From: Macrostomum lignano | Lineage: Eukaryota | Assembly (NCBI GenBank): GCA_002269645.1 | Contig: NIVC01000152.1 | Span: forward strand, 620,001 to 684,000 | Length of the DNA stretch: 64,000 nt | Direction of reading: 5' to 3' | Shown: piece after piece, positions 24,701-36,764 of the stretch | Layout: every line of letters starts with the position of its first letter | Numbering within the stretch: the stretch's first letter is position 1 | Notes under the pieces: generated by a model | What the model was told of the DNA's origin: nothing | Database searches by the model: none | What the model saw: only the letters and a program-made list of their open reading frames with translations | Program-made: the position numbers and the translations under genes

Positions 24701-25490
24701 TTTCAGCTTTCCAACGCTGGATCCGGGCTTTTTGGCGCTATTTTCAGCATTCCGGCTCTTATTCAGCGATCCTGGCGCCGATTTAGTGATCCTGGCGCCA
24801 AATTTGACTTCCCGCGCCAATTTGAGCTATCCTGCGCCGATTTGAGCTTTCTAGCGCTGGTCCGGGCTTTTTGGCGCTGATTTTAGCATTCTGGCGCTGA
24901 TTTGGTGATCCTGACGCCAAATTTGACTTCCGGCGCCAATTTGAGCTTTCACGCGCCAATTTTAGCTATCTTGCGCCGATTTGAGCTTTCCAACGCTGGT
25001 CCGGGCTTTTTGGCGCTGTTTTCAGCTTTCCGGCTCTTATTCAGCGATCCTGGCGCCGATTTGGTGATCCTGGCGCCAAATTTGACTTCCCGCGCCAATT
25101 TGAGCTATCCTGCGCCGATTTGAGCTTTCTAGCGCTGGTCCGGGCTTTTTGGCGCTGATTTTAGCATTCCGACGCTGATTCGGTGATCCTGGCGCCGACC
25201 GGCGCCAATTTGAGCTATCCTGCGCCAATTTGAGCTATCCTGCGCCAATTTGAGCTATCCTGCGCCAATTTGAGCTATCCCGCGCCGATTTGAGCTTTTT
25301 AGCGCTGGTTTCAGCTCTCTAGCGCTGGTTTAGGTTTTCTCGAGCGGATTTCAGCATTCCGGCGCTGATTCGGCGATCCCTGGCGCCGATTTGGTGATCC
25401 TGGCGCCAAATTTGACTTCCGGCGCCAATTTGAGCTTTCCCGCGCCGATTTGAGCTTTCCAGCGCCGATTTGAGCTTTCCGAGCGTTTTT
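21745..25490. repeat. GGCGCC-rich higher-order satellite built from ~21-bp subunits (e.g. GCGCCGATTTGAGCTTTCC)
   Basis: Recurring blocks of ~170 bp and longer, each made of diverged ~21-bp monomers. It explains the APEVKFGARITKSAPG ORFs. Confidence 0.93.
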
Positions 25491-25789
25491 GGGCTTTAAG
25501 GCATGACTTCAGGGATCAGCGCAGATTTATATCTATTTGGCACTATAAAAATCAAAAGTGTCATTTTCGGACTTGTTATTGTTTATTGTTTTGTTATTGA
25601 TTATTTTTCAATTAGGTATACTCCATCTAGATCACTGTTTGCTCAGAGTTCAGGATCTACTAAATATCGTTACTCAGCAACATTGAAAAGTCGCCACTCT
25701 ATGCGCCAGAGAGTAATATATTATTAGTGAGTGAGTTAAAATATTATAAATAAAAGATATGATATAAACTAATCAAGGTAGCTTTAATC

Positions 25790-25989
25790 CAGTGGTTCTC
25801 AATCTATGGGTCGCGACCCCCAGTGGGGTTGCGTGACCATTTTCTGGGGTCGCAGCACGAAGAAATGTGTGAGTTTGTCATACAAAATAATGCATTACAT
25901 GTATATTAACTTTAAAAGGGGTCGCGAACATTAAAAATGATGCAAGTGAATAAATTGGGGTCGCCTGAAAAAAAGGTTGAGAACCGCTG
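25790..25989. mobile_element. 200-bp hAT (Charlie-like) MITE
   Basis: TIR CAGTGGTTCTCAA / TTGAGAACCGCTG and exact 8-bp TSD CTTTAATC at 25782-25789 and 25990-25997. Confidence 0.92.
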
Positions 25990-26639
25990 CTTTAATCCGT
26001 TCAACCCTCGCACACCGCTCCCCCACTTCATTCCTCAACTCAAGTCTGCCGCGTGGCGTTGCGTCACTCGCAAAGATTGAGAGACTTCACCTGCACTTTC
26101 AAAAGTGACGACCACAGACTTCTGTGATGGCGACTTTTCGATGTTGCTGAGATTTACGAAGTTATTATAATTAACTTATGATTTACTTTTACTACTTAAT
26201 TGTGCAATGCCTTTGTCTTAATCTTTAACCCACTCGATGCACTGTTAGTGATGAGTTATGTTGCCACACAGAATCGCCCATATCGCTTTTATCGCTTTTT
26301 ATCACCTTCCTCCAGGCCATTCAGTCATGCTACTCTCGTCCTACCCTATAGGTAGTCTGTATCTCTACCTATTGTCCTATCTCGCGATCCTCTCCTTTAC
26401 AGTATATCACTCTTCTGATCTTTCATCACCCTAACCTACAGGAGTAGGGGGGAGGGGGGAGATAGGGCGCATGAGGGCGGGAATCAGAGTTTTCGCAGAC
26501 GGAAATCTTCCTAATGAAGTTTATTAAGCCTTTGAATAGGCCTTTAACCCCCCCCCCCAACTAAAACCGCACCTGCGTGTAATCCCACAATGTGTAGTAT
26601 ATATAATGTATGAAACAATATTTGATGTTTAATGTTTGA

Positions 26640-29600
26640 ATGTCTAAATGTTTGAAAGACTGCCAGAAATCATAGAACCTAGAAAAGCTCATTTTTAATC
26701 TCAATCCACGATTCTTAATTCCCTTTCCCAGAAGGGCATATGGCACCTTTTGCGAGAAACTTGAAAGACTGGGTCAGATATCATAATTCATAAGGCAGAG
26801 AGGAGCTTATGGCACCTTTTTCTAAACGTTTGAAAGACTGGATCATCTATCATAATTCATAAGGCAGAGAGGAGCTTGTTATGGCACCTTTTTCTAAATG
26901 TTTGAAAGACTGCCAGCTATCATAGAACCGTGAGAAGCTCATTTTTTAATCTCAATCCCCGATTCCGAATCCCTATCCCTTATTCCTCGTTTTGGAACCC
27001 GAATCCACGATTCCTAAATCCATATCCCTGATTCCTCATGTTGGAATCCGAATCCACAATTTCTAATTCCATATCCCTGATTCCTCATTTTGGAACCCGA
27101 ATCCACAATTTCTAATTCCATATCCCTGATTCCTCATTTTGGAATCCGAATCCACGATTCTTAATTCCATATCCCTGATTCCTCATGTTGGAATCCGAAT
27201 CCACGATTCCTAATTCAATATCCCTGATTCCTCATGTTGGAATCCGAATCCACGATTCTTAATTCCCTTTCCCGAAGGGCATATGGCACCTTTTGCGAGA
27301 AACTTGAAAGACTGGGTCAGATATCATAATTCATAAGGCAGAGAGGAGCTTATGGCACCTTTTTCTAAATGTTTGAAAGACTGGATCATCTATCATAATT
27401 CATAAGGCAGAGAGGAGCTTATGGCACCTTTTTCTAAATGTTTGAAAGACTGCCAGCTATCATAGAACCGTGAGAAGCTCATTTTTTAATCTCAATCCCC
27501 GATTCCGAATCCCTATCCCTGATTCCTCGTTTTGGAACCCGAATCCACGATTCCTAAATCCATATCCCTGATTCCTCATGTTGGAATCCGAATCCACAAT
27601 TTCTAATTCCATATCCCTGATTCCTCATTTTGGAACCCGAATCCGCAATTTCTAATTCCATATCCCTGATTCCTCATTTTGGAATCCGAATCCACGATTC
27701 TTAATTCCATATCCCTGATTCCTCATTTTGGAATCCGAATCCACGATTCTTAATTCCATATCCCTGATTCCTCATGTTGGAATCTGAATCTACGATTCCT
27801 AATTCCATATCCCTGATTCCTCATGTTGGAATCCGAATCCACGATTCCTAATTCCATATCCCTGATTCCTCATTTTGGAATCCGAATCCACAATTCCTAA
27901 ATCCCTATCCCTGATTCCTCATGTTGGAATCCGAATCCACAATTCCTAAATCAATATCCCTGATTCCTCATGTTGGAATCCGAATCCACGATTCCTAATT
28001 CAATATCCCTGATTCCTCATGTTGGAATCCGAATCCACGATTCTTAATTCCCTTTCCAGAAGGGCATATGGCACCTTTTGCAAGAAACTTGAAAGACTGG
28101 GTCAGATATCATAATTCATAAGGCAGAGAGGAGCTTATGGCACCTTTTCTAAATGTTTGAAAGACTGGATCATCTATCATAATTCATAAGGCAGAGAGGA
28201 GCTTATTATGGCACCTTTTTCTAAATGTTTGAAAGACTGCCAGCTATCATAGAACCGTGAGAAGCTCATTTTTTAATCTCAATCCCCGATTCCGAATCCC
28301 TATCCCTTATTCCTCGTTTTGGAACCCGAATCCACGATTCCTAATTCCATATTCCTGATTCCTCATGTTGGAATCCGAATCCACGATTCTTAATTCCCTT
28401 TCCAGAAGGGCATATGGCACCTTTTGCAAGAAACTTGAAAGACTGGGTCAGATATCATAATTCATAAGGCAGAGAGGAGCTTATGGCACCTTTTTCTAAA
28501 TGTTTGAAAGACTGCCAGCTATCATAGAACCGTGAGAAGCTCATTTTTTAATCTCAATCCCCGATTCCAAATCCCTATCCCGATTCCTCATTTTGGAATC
28601 CGAATCCACGATTCTTAATTCCATATCCCTGATTCCTCATGTTGGAATCTGAATCCACGATTCCTAATTCCATATCCCTGATTCCTCATGTTGGAATCCG
28701 AATCCACAATTTCTAATTCCATATCCCTGATTCCTCATTTTGGAACCCGAATCCACAATTTCTAATTCCATATCCCCGATTCCTCATTTTGGAATCCGAA
28801 TCCACGATTCTTAATTCCATATCCCTGATTCCTCATTTTGGAATCCGAATCCACAATTTCTAATTCCATATCCCTGATTCCTCATTTTGGAACCCTAATC
28901 CACAATTTCTAATTCCATATTCCGATTCCTCATTTTGGAATCCGAATCCACGATTTTTAGTTCCCTTTCCCAGAAAAGCATATGGCACCTTTTGCAAGAA
29001 ACTTGAAAGACTGGGTCAGATATCATAATTCATAAGGCAGAGAGGAGCTTATGGCACCTTTTTCTAAATGTTTGAAAGACTGGATCATCTATCATAATTC
29101 ATAAGGCAGAGAGGAGCTTATTATGGCACCTTTTTCTAAATGTTTGAAAGACTGCCAGCTATCATAGAACCGTGAGAAGCTCATTTTTTAATCTCAATCC
29201 CCGATTCCGAATCCCTATCCCTTATTCCTCGTTTTGGAACCCGAATCCACGATTCCTAATTCCATATCCCTGATTCCTCATGTTGGAATCCGAATCCACG
29301 ATTCTTAATTCCCTTTCCAGAAGGGCATATGGCACCTTTTGCAAGAAACTTGAAAGACTGGGTCAGATATCATAATTCATAAGGCAGAGAGGAGCTTATG
29401 GCACCTTTTTCTAAATGTTTGAAAGACTGCCAGCTATCATAGAACCGTGAGAAGCTCATTTTTTTTATCTCAATCCCCGATTCCGAATCCCTATCCCTGA
29501 TTCCTCGTTTTGGAACCCGAATCCACAATTCCTAAATCCATATCCCTGATTCCTCATGTTGGAATCCGAATCCACAATTCCTAAATCCATATCCCTGATT

Positions 29601-29760
29601 CCTCATGTTGGAATCTGAATCCACGATTCTTAATTCCATATCCCTGATTCCTCATTTCGGAATCCGAATCCACGATTTCTAAATTTATATCCCTGGTTCC
29701 TCATGTTGGAATCCGAATCCACGATTTCTAATTACTTATCCCTGATAAGATGCACTTGTT
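26640..29760. repeat. Composite higher-order satellite: ~60-bp A units plus a variable number of 49-bp B units
   Basis: The marker AATTCCCTTTCC..GAAGGGCATATGGCACC recurs near 26717, 27261, 28046, 28392, 28959 and 29307. B unit: GGAATCCGAATCCACGATTCTTAATTCCATATCCCTGATTCCTCATTTT. Confidence 0.93.
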
Positions 29761-30054
29761 TATATCCCTCAGAGGGAATGGTGAGGGGAAGCTTCTGACG
29801 TTCTAGTTTCTTTAGCTATACAAGTAAATATAGATGTAGTCTTCGCATAAATATTTATGGCACCTTTTATCGAAAGGTTTGAAAGCCTTTAATCGGTTTT
29901 TGGTAGAAGAAAACGACAAGTCAAAGTGGCTGTCAAACCATAAACTCAAGCCAGACTTGTCCACAAACGTGTCCGCAAAATTCGGCAAAAAGCCTTGGAC
30001 TGCGCCTGTATGTGTATTCTAATATCAAAACACAGCTAATAAAAGCAAAAAAAG

Positions 30055-30800
30055 AAGCGTCATGTATAAATGAAAGAAGCGTCATGCAAACAATCATAGA
30101 AGCGTCATGTAAACGATCATAGAAGCGTCATGTCAACAATCATGGAAGCGTCATGTAAAAAAGCATAGAAGCGTCCGGTAAAAATCATACAAGCATAATG
30201 TAATAAATCATAGAAGCGTCCTGTAAACAATCATATAAGCGTCATGTAAAAATCATAGAAGCGTCATGTAAAAAATCATAGAAGCGTCATGTAAAAAATC
30301 ATAGAAGCGTCATGTAAAAAATCATAGAAGCGTCATGTAAAAATCATAGAAGCGTCATGTAAAAAATCATAGAAGCGTCATGTAAACAATCATATAAGCG
30401 TCATGTAAAAAATCATAGAAGCGTCATGTAAACAATCATATAAGCGTCATGTAAAAAATCATAGAAGCGTCATGTAAAAAATCATAGAAGCGTCATGTAA
30501 AAATCATAGAAGCGTCATGTAAAAATCATAGAAGCGTCATGTAAAAATCATAGAAGCGTCATGTAAACAATCATATAAGCGTCATGTAAACAATCATAGA
30601 AGCGTCATGTAAAAAATCATAAAAGCGTCATGTAAAAAATCATAAAAGCGTCCGGTAAAAATAACAGAGGCGTCATGTAGAAAAGAAAATGAGCTTTATG
30701 TAAAAATGAAAAAAGTAAAAAAATGTAAAAAAATAGAAGCATCACGTAAAAATCAATAAGTATCATGTAAAGAAGCGTCATGTCAAAAAGTAGCGTCATT
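30055..30800. repeat. 22-23-bp minisatellite (AATCATAGAAGCGTCATGTAAA)
   Basis: Tandem copies with degenerate edges. Confidence 0.95.
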
Positions 30801-31171
30801 TCAAAATAAAAGAAGAGTCACGTGAAACTGTGCTGTGACTCTTGAGGAGAATTACTAAGATGTTAAGGCTCACGGGGAATAACTGAGATGTACTCGTAAA
30901 TGCTTATGAGGGATTTTTGAGATGTCTAGGTAAAATTCAGAAGCTACATGTAGTTTATTCACTTTTTTATTACATTCTTTGTTAGTTCCCCACGAGGGGC
31001 GCTAATAGAAGAAGCGTCATTTTAAACAGATGAAAGTAGATATAAAAGAAGAGTCATGTCGAAGTTAGGAGATTCATTTGGGAATCGCTACGATGTCAAG
31101 GCTTGGAGGAATTGCTATAATGCTGTAATGTTATAATGACTCTTGGGGAGAATTACTAAAATGGCAATGCT

Positions 31172-31203
31172 TTAGGGTTAGGGTTAGGGTTAGGGTTAGG
31201 GTT
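31172..31203 (+). repeat. Interstitial telomeric repeat (TTAGGG)5
   Basis: Five exact TTAGGG units plus TT. Confidence 0.9.
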
Positions 31204-31620
31204 GACAGATTTTTTAAGATTTCAAGGCTTATGGGGGTCATCGCTCAGATTTCAAGGGGGGGGGTTTGATATGTTAAGACTTGTGGGGGAGGAATTGCTG
31301 AGATGTCAACGCTTACAAGCGATTGCTGAGGTTATTGCAAAGAGACACTACAATCTACATGTAGTTTATTAAAAAAACTCGTACTGCATTTTTTGGCTCC
31401 CCAAGGGGGGGCGCTGATTGCTAGTTAAATTCTGAAAATATGAACCACGAAAAGACAGGAGCAGTTGAAACTGAAAAATAACAAAACTTAGTTCGTATCA
31501 TATCGGCCATCGGGTGTTTCATAGTCTAAATCTGGGATAAAAGTAATCAAACTGGTTTTAAATAAACATTCATCTGCTTCTCATTTTCTATTAATGTTGC
31601 TATGGTGACCAAAGTATCCA

Positions 31621-32584
31621 GGCGATATCCAAGTGCAGGTTTGTGGTGCCCCTATGACATCGCAGCGGCCAGGCCATAGGCGTTGTACATCCTGGGCTCC
31701 AGGTCCGGCTGGACAAAGAATGCCGGCAGCCGAGTGGCCAGGCGGCAATCTCGCCCTCTGCACTCCGGCAACGGCAGAGCGCGCTAGAAGCCCTCGTAGC
31801 GATCGGGCAGAATCTGGATGAGAGTGCAAAATGTGTTTTTGACTGGTTAGTTTCGTTGCTTCGATACATGTCGGCTGTTTTGTGATATTAATTTACAGTT
31901 TCTAAGGTTGTAACTTGTTTCATCAATGATTTAACGGCCCAGCCTTGCTTGCGTCAAAAACTGTAGAATTTTAGCAAAGTAAATCAGTATGTCGATTACT
32001 AGCCAAGGTAAATTCTAGTACCTAGGAAGAAGTACCTAGGTATCCAGGTAATAAAAGTTCCTAGGGAGCGCTGGGAGGAGTGGCGCTCCCACCAGACCCC
32101 TAAATCCGCGCCCCTGGCTACAGCTGTTGCGAAATATTTTAAAAGTGTCATTTTTAGTCAGTTCAGTATACTTCAGTATTTCTGTTTTACTGAACTTTTA
32201 TACTTCGCAATTCAATTTACGAGGGGTGTTAATTCAGAAGTACAATTCAGAAGTACAATTCAGAAGTACAATTCAGAAGTACAATTCAGAATTTACGATA
32301 CAGTTGTAATCAGATAAGGATTTATGGATTCCGACTGGGGCTATTTGTTTTAGACGAGTCAATTATGGATGGAATGTGCTTATCTGTTGTGGTAGGATGC
32401 AATGACTCACTAGGCGGCGCCGTCAAGCATCAGAACGTGGCCGCCGGCCGGCCATCGTCGCGGAACGCCATCTTAGCGGACAAAATCAGCGATGGCCTCG
32501 TTCAGCAGGGGAGGTGAACAGCGTCCCGAGTAGCCAAACCACGGCTAGCCAGCCATGAGGTCTGCTGGCAGCGGATTCTGTCAC
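31621..32584 (-). pseudogene. KDM3: Decayed KDM3/JMJD1-family JmjC histone demethylase fragment (two exon remnants: 32411-32584 and ~31621-31813)
   Basis: Translating from ccag|31813 gives [47 protein letters not shown], then after a frameshift GTTNLHLDIA. This matches KDM3 LPLPEY...[24 protein letters not shown]...GTTNLHLDVS. The upstream remnant is bounded by cgcag| and |gtgagt and gives PHGWLA...AFRD/WPAGGHVLMLDG, versus KDM3 PHSWLC...IFRECWKQGQPVLVSG; this match is weaker. Confidence 0.8.
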
Positions 32585-35155
32585 CTGCGGGTTGATTGCG
32601 GCGGATTGCGTTTAGTGCAACCTGAGCAACTGTAAATTAAAATCACAAAACAGCCGATATGTATCGAAGGGCGATATTTTTTCAGAAAGGGTATCAGAGT
32701 ATCGCTTTTAACCGATACTTTTTCTGAGTATCGTGCCCAACACTGGGTAATTATTATCCCTTTTTAATTGTTTCTTTTCTACCATTTTTGTTTTATTTTC
32801 AAAGTTTTATCTTAAATACGAGCGGGTCCGAAAGATCAGTTTGCTCTAGTGTAAACAGAATTCCAAACAATATTATCGCTTTGCTTAAAATGCTAACATT
32901 CAGTATCTATTTGTACTCCAGCATAAGATCAATTTATTTGACTACTTTACTCTTTATTTGACTTCCTAAACTAGAAAAGGAAATAAGATCATACAGCAAC
33001 CACAATTCAAGTATTTCAGGGCCAATGAAGTGCCAAAGGGGGCGCCAGATTGCCAGAATTTAACGAACGTGAGATGTTGAATATCCGCGTGAATTTAAAT
33101 TTTGTTCAAATTCCTAATTTTTTAACTTTGTGCGGAAATTCAAAATTTATTTTTCCGCCTTTTTTGACAATATTTACAAACGGATGCAGTATACGAGTAT
33201 TCTGAAAATAAAGATAACTGCTAAAGGACAAGTCCAATCTATAGAAATTAGAAAACTGGGACTCAGCGATTCTGCGAATTAGGAAATTAGCCTGTCTGTC
33301 AATTTTAGAATATCTCGCTTAGTACCTTACTTTGCTAAGTTTGTTTTTTTAAATCTTTTACGTTTGAAACGAAATGGATGGCTAGTCGTCCTCACTTCTT
33401 GCGCCTGTACTATTTTTCTTTGACCATATTTCCACCTTTAAGGTTTTGGAAGAATATAAGATTCCTAGCATATTGCAATTATAAGCTAGACATAAAAGAA
33501 AATACAATGAGTACAATGCAAATTAAGAACCAACGTTTGCTTACCTTTGGAATAAAGAAATAACGAAAGCCTTACGAGCGTATTAAGAATAAATCTCAAG
33601 ATCTTAAAGATTCAACTGAGTCAAATAGTTTGATAAATGATATGTATTAAAAAGTAGAAACTATACGTTGAATGAAACGCGTTTCTTTAAAGAATACAAT
33701 TCCTTGCAGCTTAAAACGAAATGCGTTCTAGGAGTTTTTTAATTTTGGGAGAGTTGGGAAAGACAAAGAGCCGTCTTCATCCAGCATACATTAATATACG
33801 AGAAATGAGTCACGGATGTGCAGTGTTTTCAGCTAGCTTCATTGCTAGTACAGTGCTAGTACGCTAGTGCGCACTGGCGTTCCACACTCACCCAACACCC
33901 ACCCCACCTCTCCCTCTCCGCTCGTGGGCTGGCCCCCGCTAAGGGAGCCCATCCCACCGTGGGCTGGGTCCCGTTAACGGGCTATTTTTAGCGTGGGATG
34001 GGCTCCGCTAGCGGCGGGCCGTTAGGTGCTCTTCAGGTAGTGCATGCTAATTAAAATGACGAAGGTGAGCACCCCAGACACCCGAGATGACGAAATGACT
34101 AGGAACCAATTTAAAATTTGACACGAAAAAATATCCTTAATACATTACTCATATTGCTTATAAATACTCCAAAAAGAGACAGTGAAGACTATCCGTAAGC
34201 GGACAACCACTAACTACCTGGTTGCTGTTGTATTAAGTGACGAAGGAATAATGATCAATCAAACATAAATCAGTTATAATTATGTCGTGTAGATTTCAAA
34301 GCCGTAGACAAATTTTAATTTACGGGTGAATTTTTAATTTTTTAATTTTTTAATACTTTAAATAAAATAATTTTTATAAAATTGAATTTTTATTGCTTTA
34401 CTGTCTTTAAGCCAGAAAATCAATCTTGTAAATTTAAAAATTTTGAAAAAAAGTTGTTAGCAATATTAAAAAAAAGCGTGCGTGTTGAGCTTTGCTAAAA
34501 ATTTTTTATTTAAATTCATTTTATTGAAAATTGTGCGCGCAAGGCCCTTGCTCAGTGTGTGTTGACCATAACGTATTAACATAACAAGTTACATTAATGC
34601 GATAAATATAGGATTAGACCCATACTATAGTGTGTTAGCTTATCGAGAAAGATTCAGTAATTCGTCACGGAAGAGAAAATTTTTTTTCGTATTTGTTTGT
34701 TTGTTGGAACATTAAAGTTTTAAGCTAATTGCACTGATTAATCTGTGTTAAGAAGGCCTAGCCAATTAGCTTGACCAAGACCTGCAACAATATTTTGAAC
34801 TTAGCAACGTTTTGAGTATATATACTAAACTGCATCAACAAAATTACAACATGTCTATGCGACACAGACTTGATATTGGTAAAAGCTCAATGTCATCCAG
34901 GTATGTTATATTTCTTTCACATTTGGGGGCCAAGAAGTAAATTTATTTTTTCTAGCATAAACTTGAATTTATAGTAAAGGAGATCACTTTTTCTGGTATA
35001 TTATATAAAAAAATTGAGAGTATGAAGCAGCCATAGTTAGGATCTTGTATTAGTGTATGTTAAGTTTAATGCTAAAAAAATGATGAGACCTTGTTTGTAT
35101 GCCCAGTTTGTGTGCCAATACAAAAAAATTATCATAATTTGACACAATGTATCTG

Positions 35156-36341
35156 CCATAGTCCGGATCATGCTGGGTGCACGCCCGAACAAAAATTGAA
35201 TAATTACAGATGCACGCCAGAAAAAATGTAGTGCACACCCACCATAGTCAGGAAGGTGGCAAGTGCACGCGGGAATCAATTTATGGAAAAATCCTTGGTG
35301 CATGCCAATGTACGCCAATTTTTTAAAACCCTTAACATGACGTTTCTGTTGCATGCCAAAAATCTTGAATACCAAAAATCATGTACGCCTCATGTATGTG
35401 TGATTTGAATATTAACCATATCTAAATACTATTTTTAAATAAATTTTCTACTTATGTTAAACAAAGTTTATACAAAAAAAGGAAATTCGCTACAAAGAAC
35501 ATAGTGAGTATCAAAAACTTTTTCTTCACATTTCAAGAAACAAATAAACTAAAAGTCTACAAAAGTCACAAAATAAGAGCGTTTAAAAGTTATTGGATAT
35601 TTTAATTTTAATGTAGGCTGTAGAGTGTAGGCCTGGCTGTAGGCTAGGCTGTAGCCTCAACTAGTTGGTTTAATCAATATTCAAATTCAATTTTTCACGT
35701 TTAACTTTATATATTGTATATATATAGTGTATACATCTATATTTGACTTGTTGATATACTGTCAGTTTGTAATTGCACGCCAAGGTTACATGCCAAGTAA
35801 AAAACTTGTATGCTGAAAATTTAGGCGTGGCTTGAGACCCCTATTTGCACGCCAACTTTGCATGCCAAAATTTTAGCGTGGCTTGTGCACCCGGGAAAAT
35901 TCCCGCGTGCAGGCCACCTTCCTGAGTATGGCACACCCATTCTCAAAAATATGTCGGTATTGCAACAATAAATGACGTTTTTTATATTGTGACAATAAAA
36001 TAATTTTTTCAAATTGCATAATAGACACTTAATACCAGATAATTTGGTTGCTTTTTATGCTTTTTCGGCAGTACTTTTTATAGTAGAAAATTTTTACACG
36101 CAAAGATTTATTTAATTTTAAATGCCCTTTTACAAGCTTAAAATTTGCGCTTAAAAATTGTTTTCATCTTTTTTCTACTTCACAATAACTCTTACGCGTG
36201 ATTCTTTAAAGTGCATGCCAGGTGTGCACATATACTATCTTCTCAAGAGTGATGCACGCGATCTGTGCATGCCTAGTTTTGGCGTGCAAGGCCAATGCAC
36301 GCCCAAATTTTTGGGCATATACTACATGATCCGGAGTGTGG
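35156..36341. mobile_element. Non-autonomous DNA transposon, TIR CCAYASTCCGGATCATG, 8-bp TSD (1 mismatch)
   Basis: CCATAGTCCGGATCATG at 35156 and CATGATCCGGAGTGTGG ending at 36341. Flanks are TGTATCTG and TATATCTG. Confidence 0.75.
35242..35931. mobile_element. Nested related element, TIR CCATA(G/C)TCAGGAAGGTGGC, exact 8-bp TSD
   Basis: CCATAGTCAGGAAGGTGGC at 35242 and GCCACCTTCCTGAGTATGG ending at 35931. CACACCCA lies at 35234-35241 and 35932-35939. Confidence 0.85.
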
Positions 36342-36764
36342 TATATCTGCTATGTCATCTATGCTAATTGCTAGGATATACTCTGTAAGGCTGAAAAATG
36401 GTAAGACCCTTATTGTACACTAGGATCCTGGCATATATGTTGCCTTCAAACTATGGTAGAACAGTTAAGACTTACGTAAATAATATATCTTCTCTACCTA
36501 TAAAAATCAAAACTCTGTCTGTCTGTGGACAAGTTACTTTGCTATGGACTCCCAAACGGCTCAACCAAATTACACCAAATTTTGCACCCACCCTAAACTC
36601 ACTACAGAGAATGTCTTAGGCTACCTTTAAATTTCCTAAATTTGAGTCTTCCTACCTAAAAGTGCAAAAAACTGCTTAAAATTTGTGATTTTTTACTAAA
36701 TCCTCCATAGTGCCACTCCACTTCTATTGATCCTCTTCAAATTTAACATAATTAATCTTCAAGT

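Larger units (their letters stand above)
21484..34021. mobile_element. Large non-autonomous PIF/Harbinger-like element (12.5 kb) with 97-bp TIRs and TTA TSD
   Basis: 21484-21580 is the reverse complement of 33925-34021 (core TAGCGGAGCCCATCCCACGCTAAAAATAGCCCGTTA). TTA lies at 21481-21483 and 34022-34024. Both outer flanks carry the same ATGACGAA(A/G)TGAC motif family. No transposase ORF was seen inside. Confidence 0.72.

Noticed and set aside
21740-25228. APEVKFGARITKSAPG repeat proteins
   Set aside because: Translations of the GGCGCC higher-order satellite.
26640-29760. CRISPR-like array (regular repeats with intervening segments)
   Set aside because: The intervening segments are themselves repeated rather than unique spacers, there are no cas genes, and the context is eukaryotic. 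The same applies to all other arrays here.
31172-31203. Chromosome end
   Set aside because: Only five TTAGGG units, with ordinary sequence on both sides.
31581-31869. ORF-track proteins 31581-31829, 31600-31869 and 31633-31821 as genes
   Set aside because: They are off-frame readings of the disrupted KDM3 remnant; only GTTNLHLD in 31600-31869 is meaningful.
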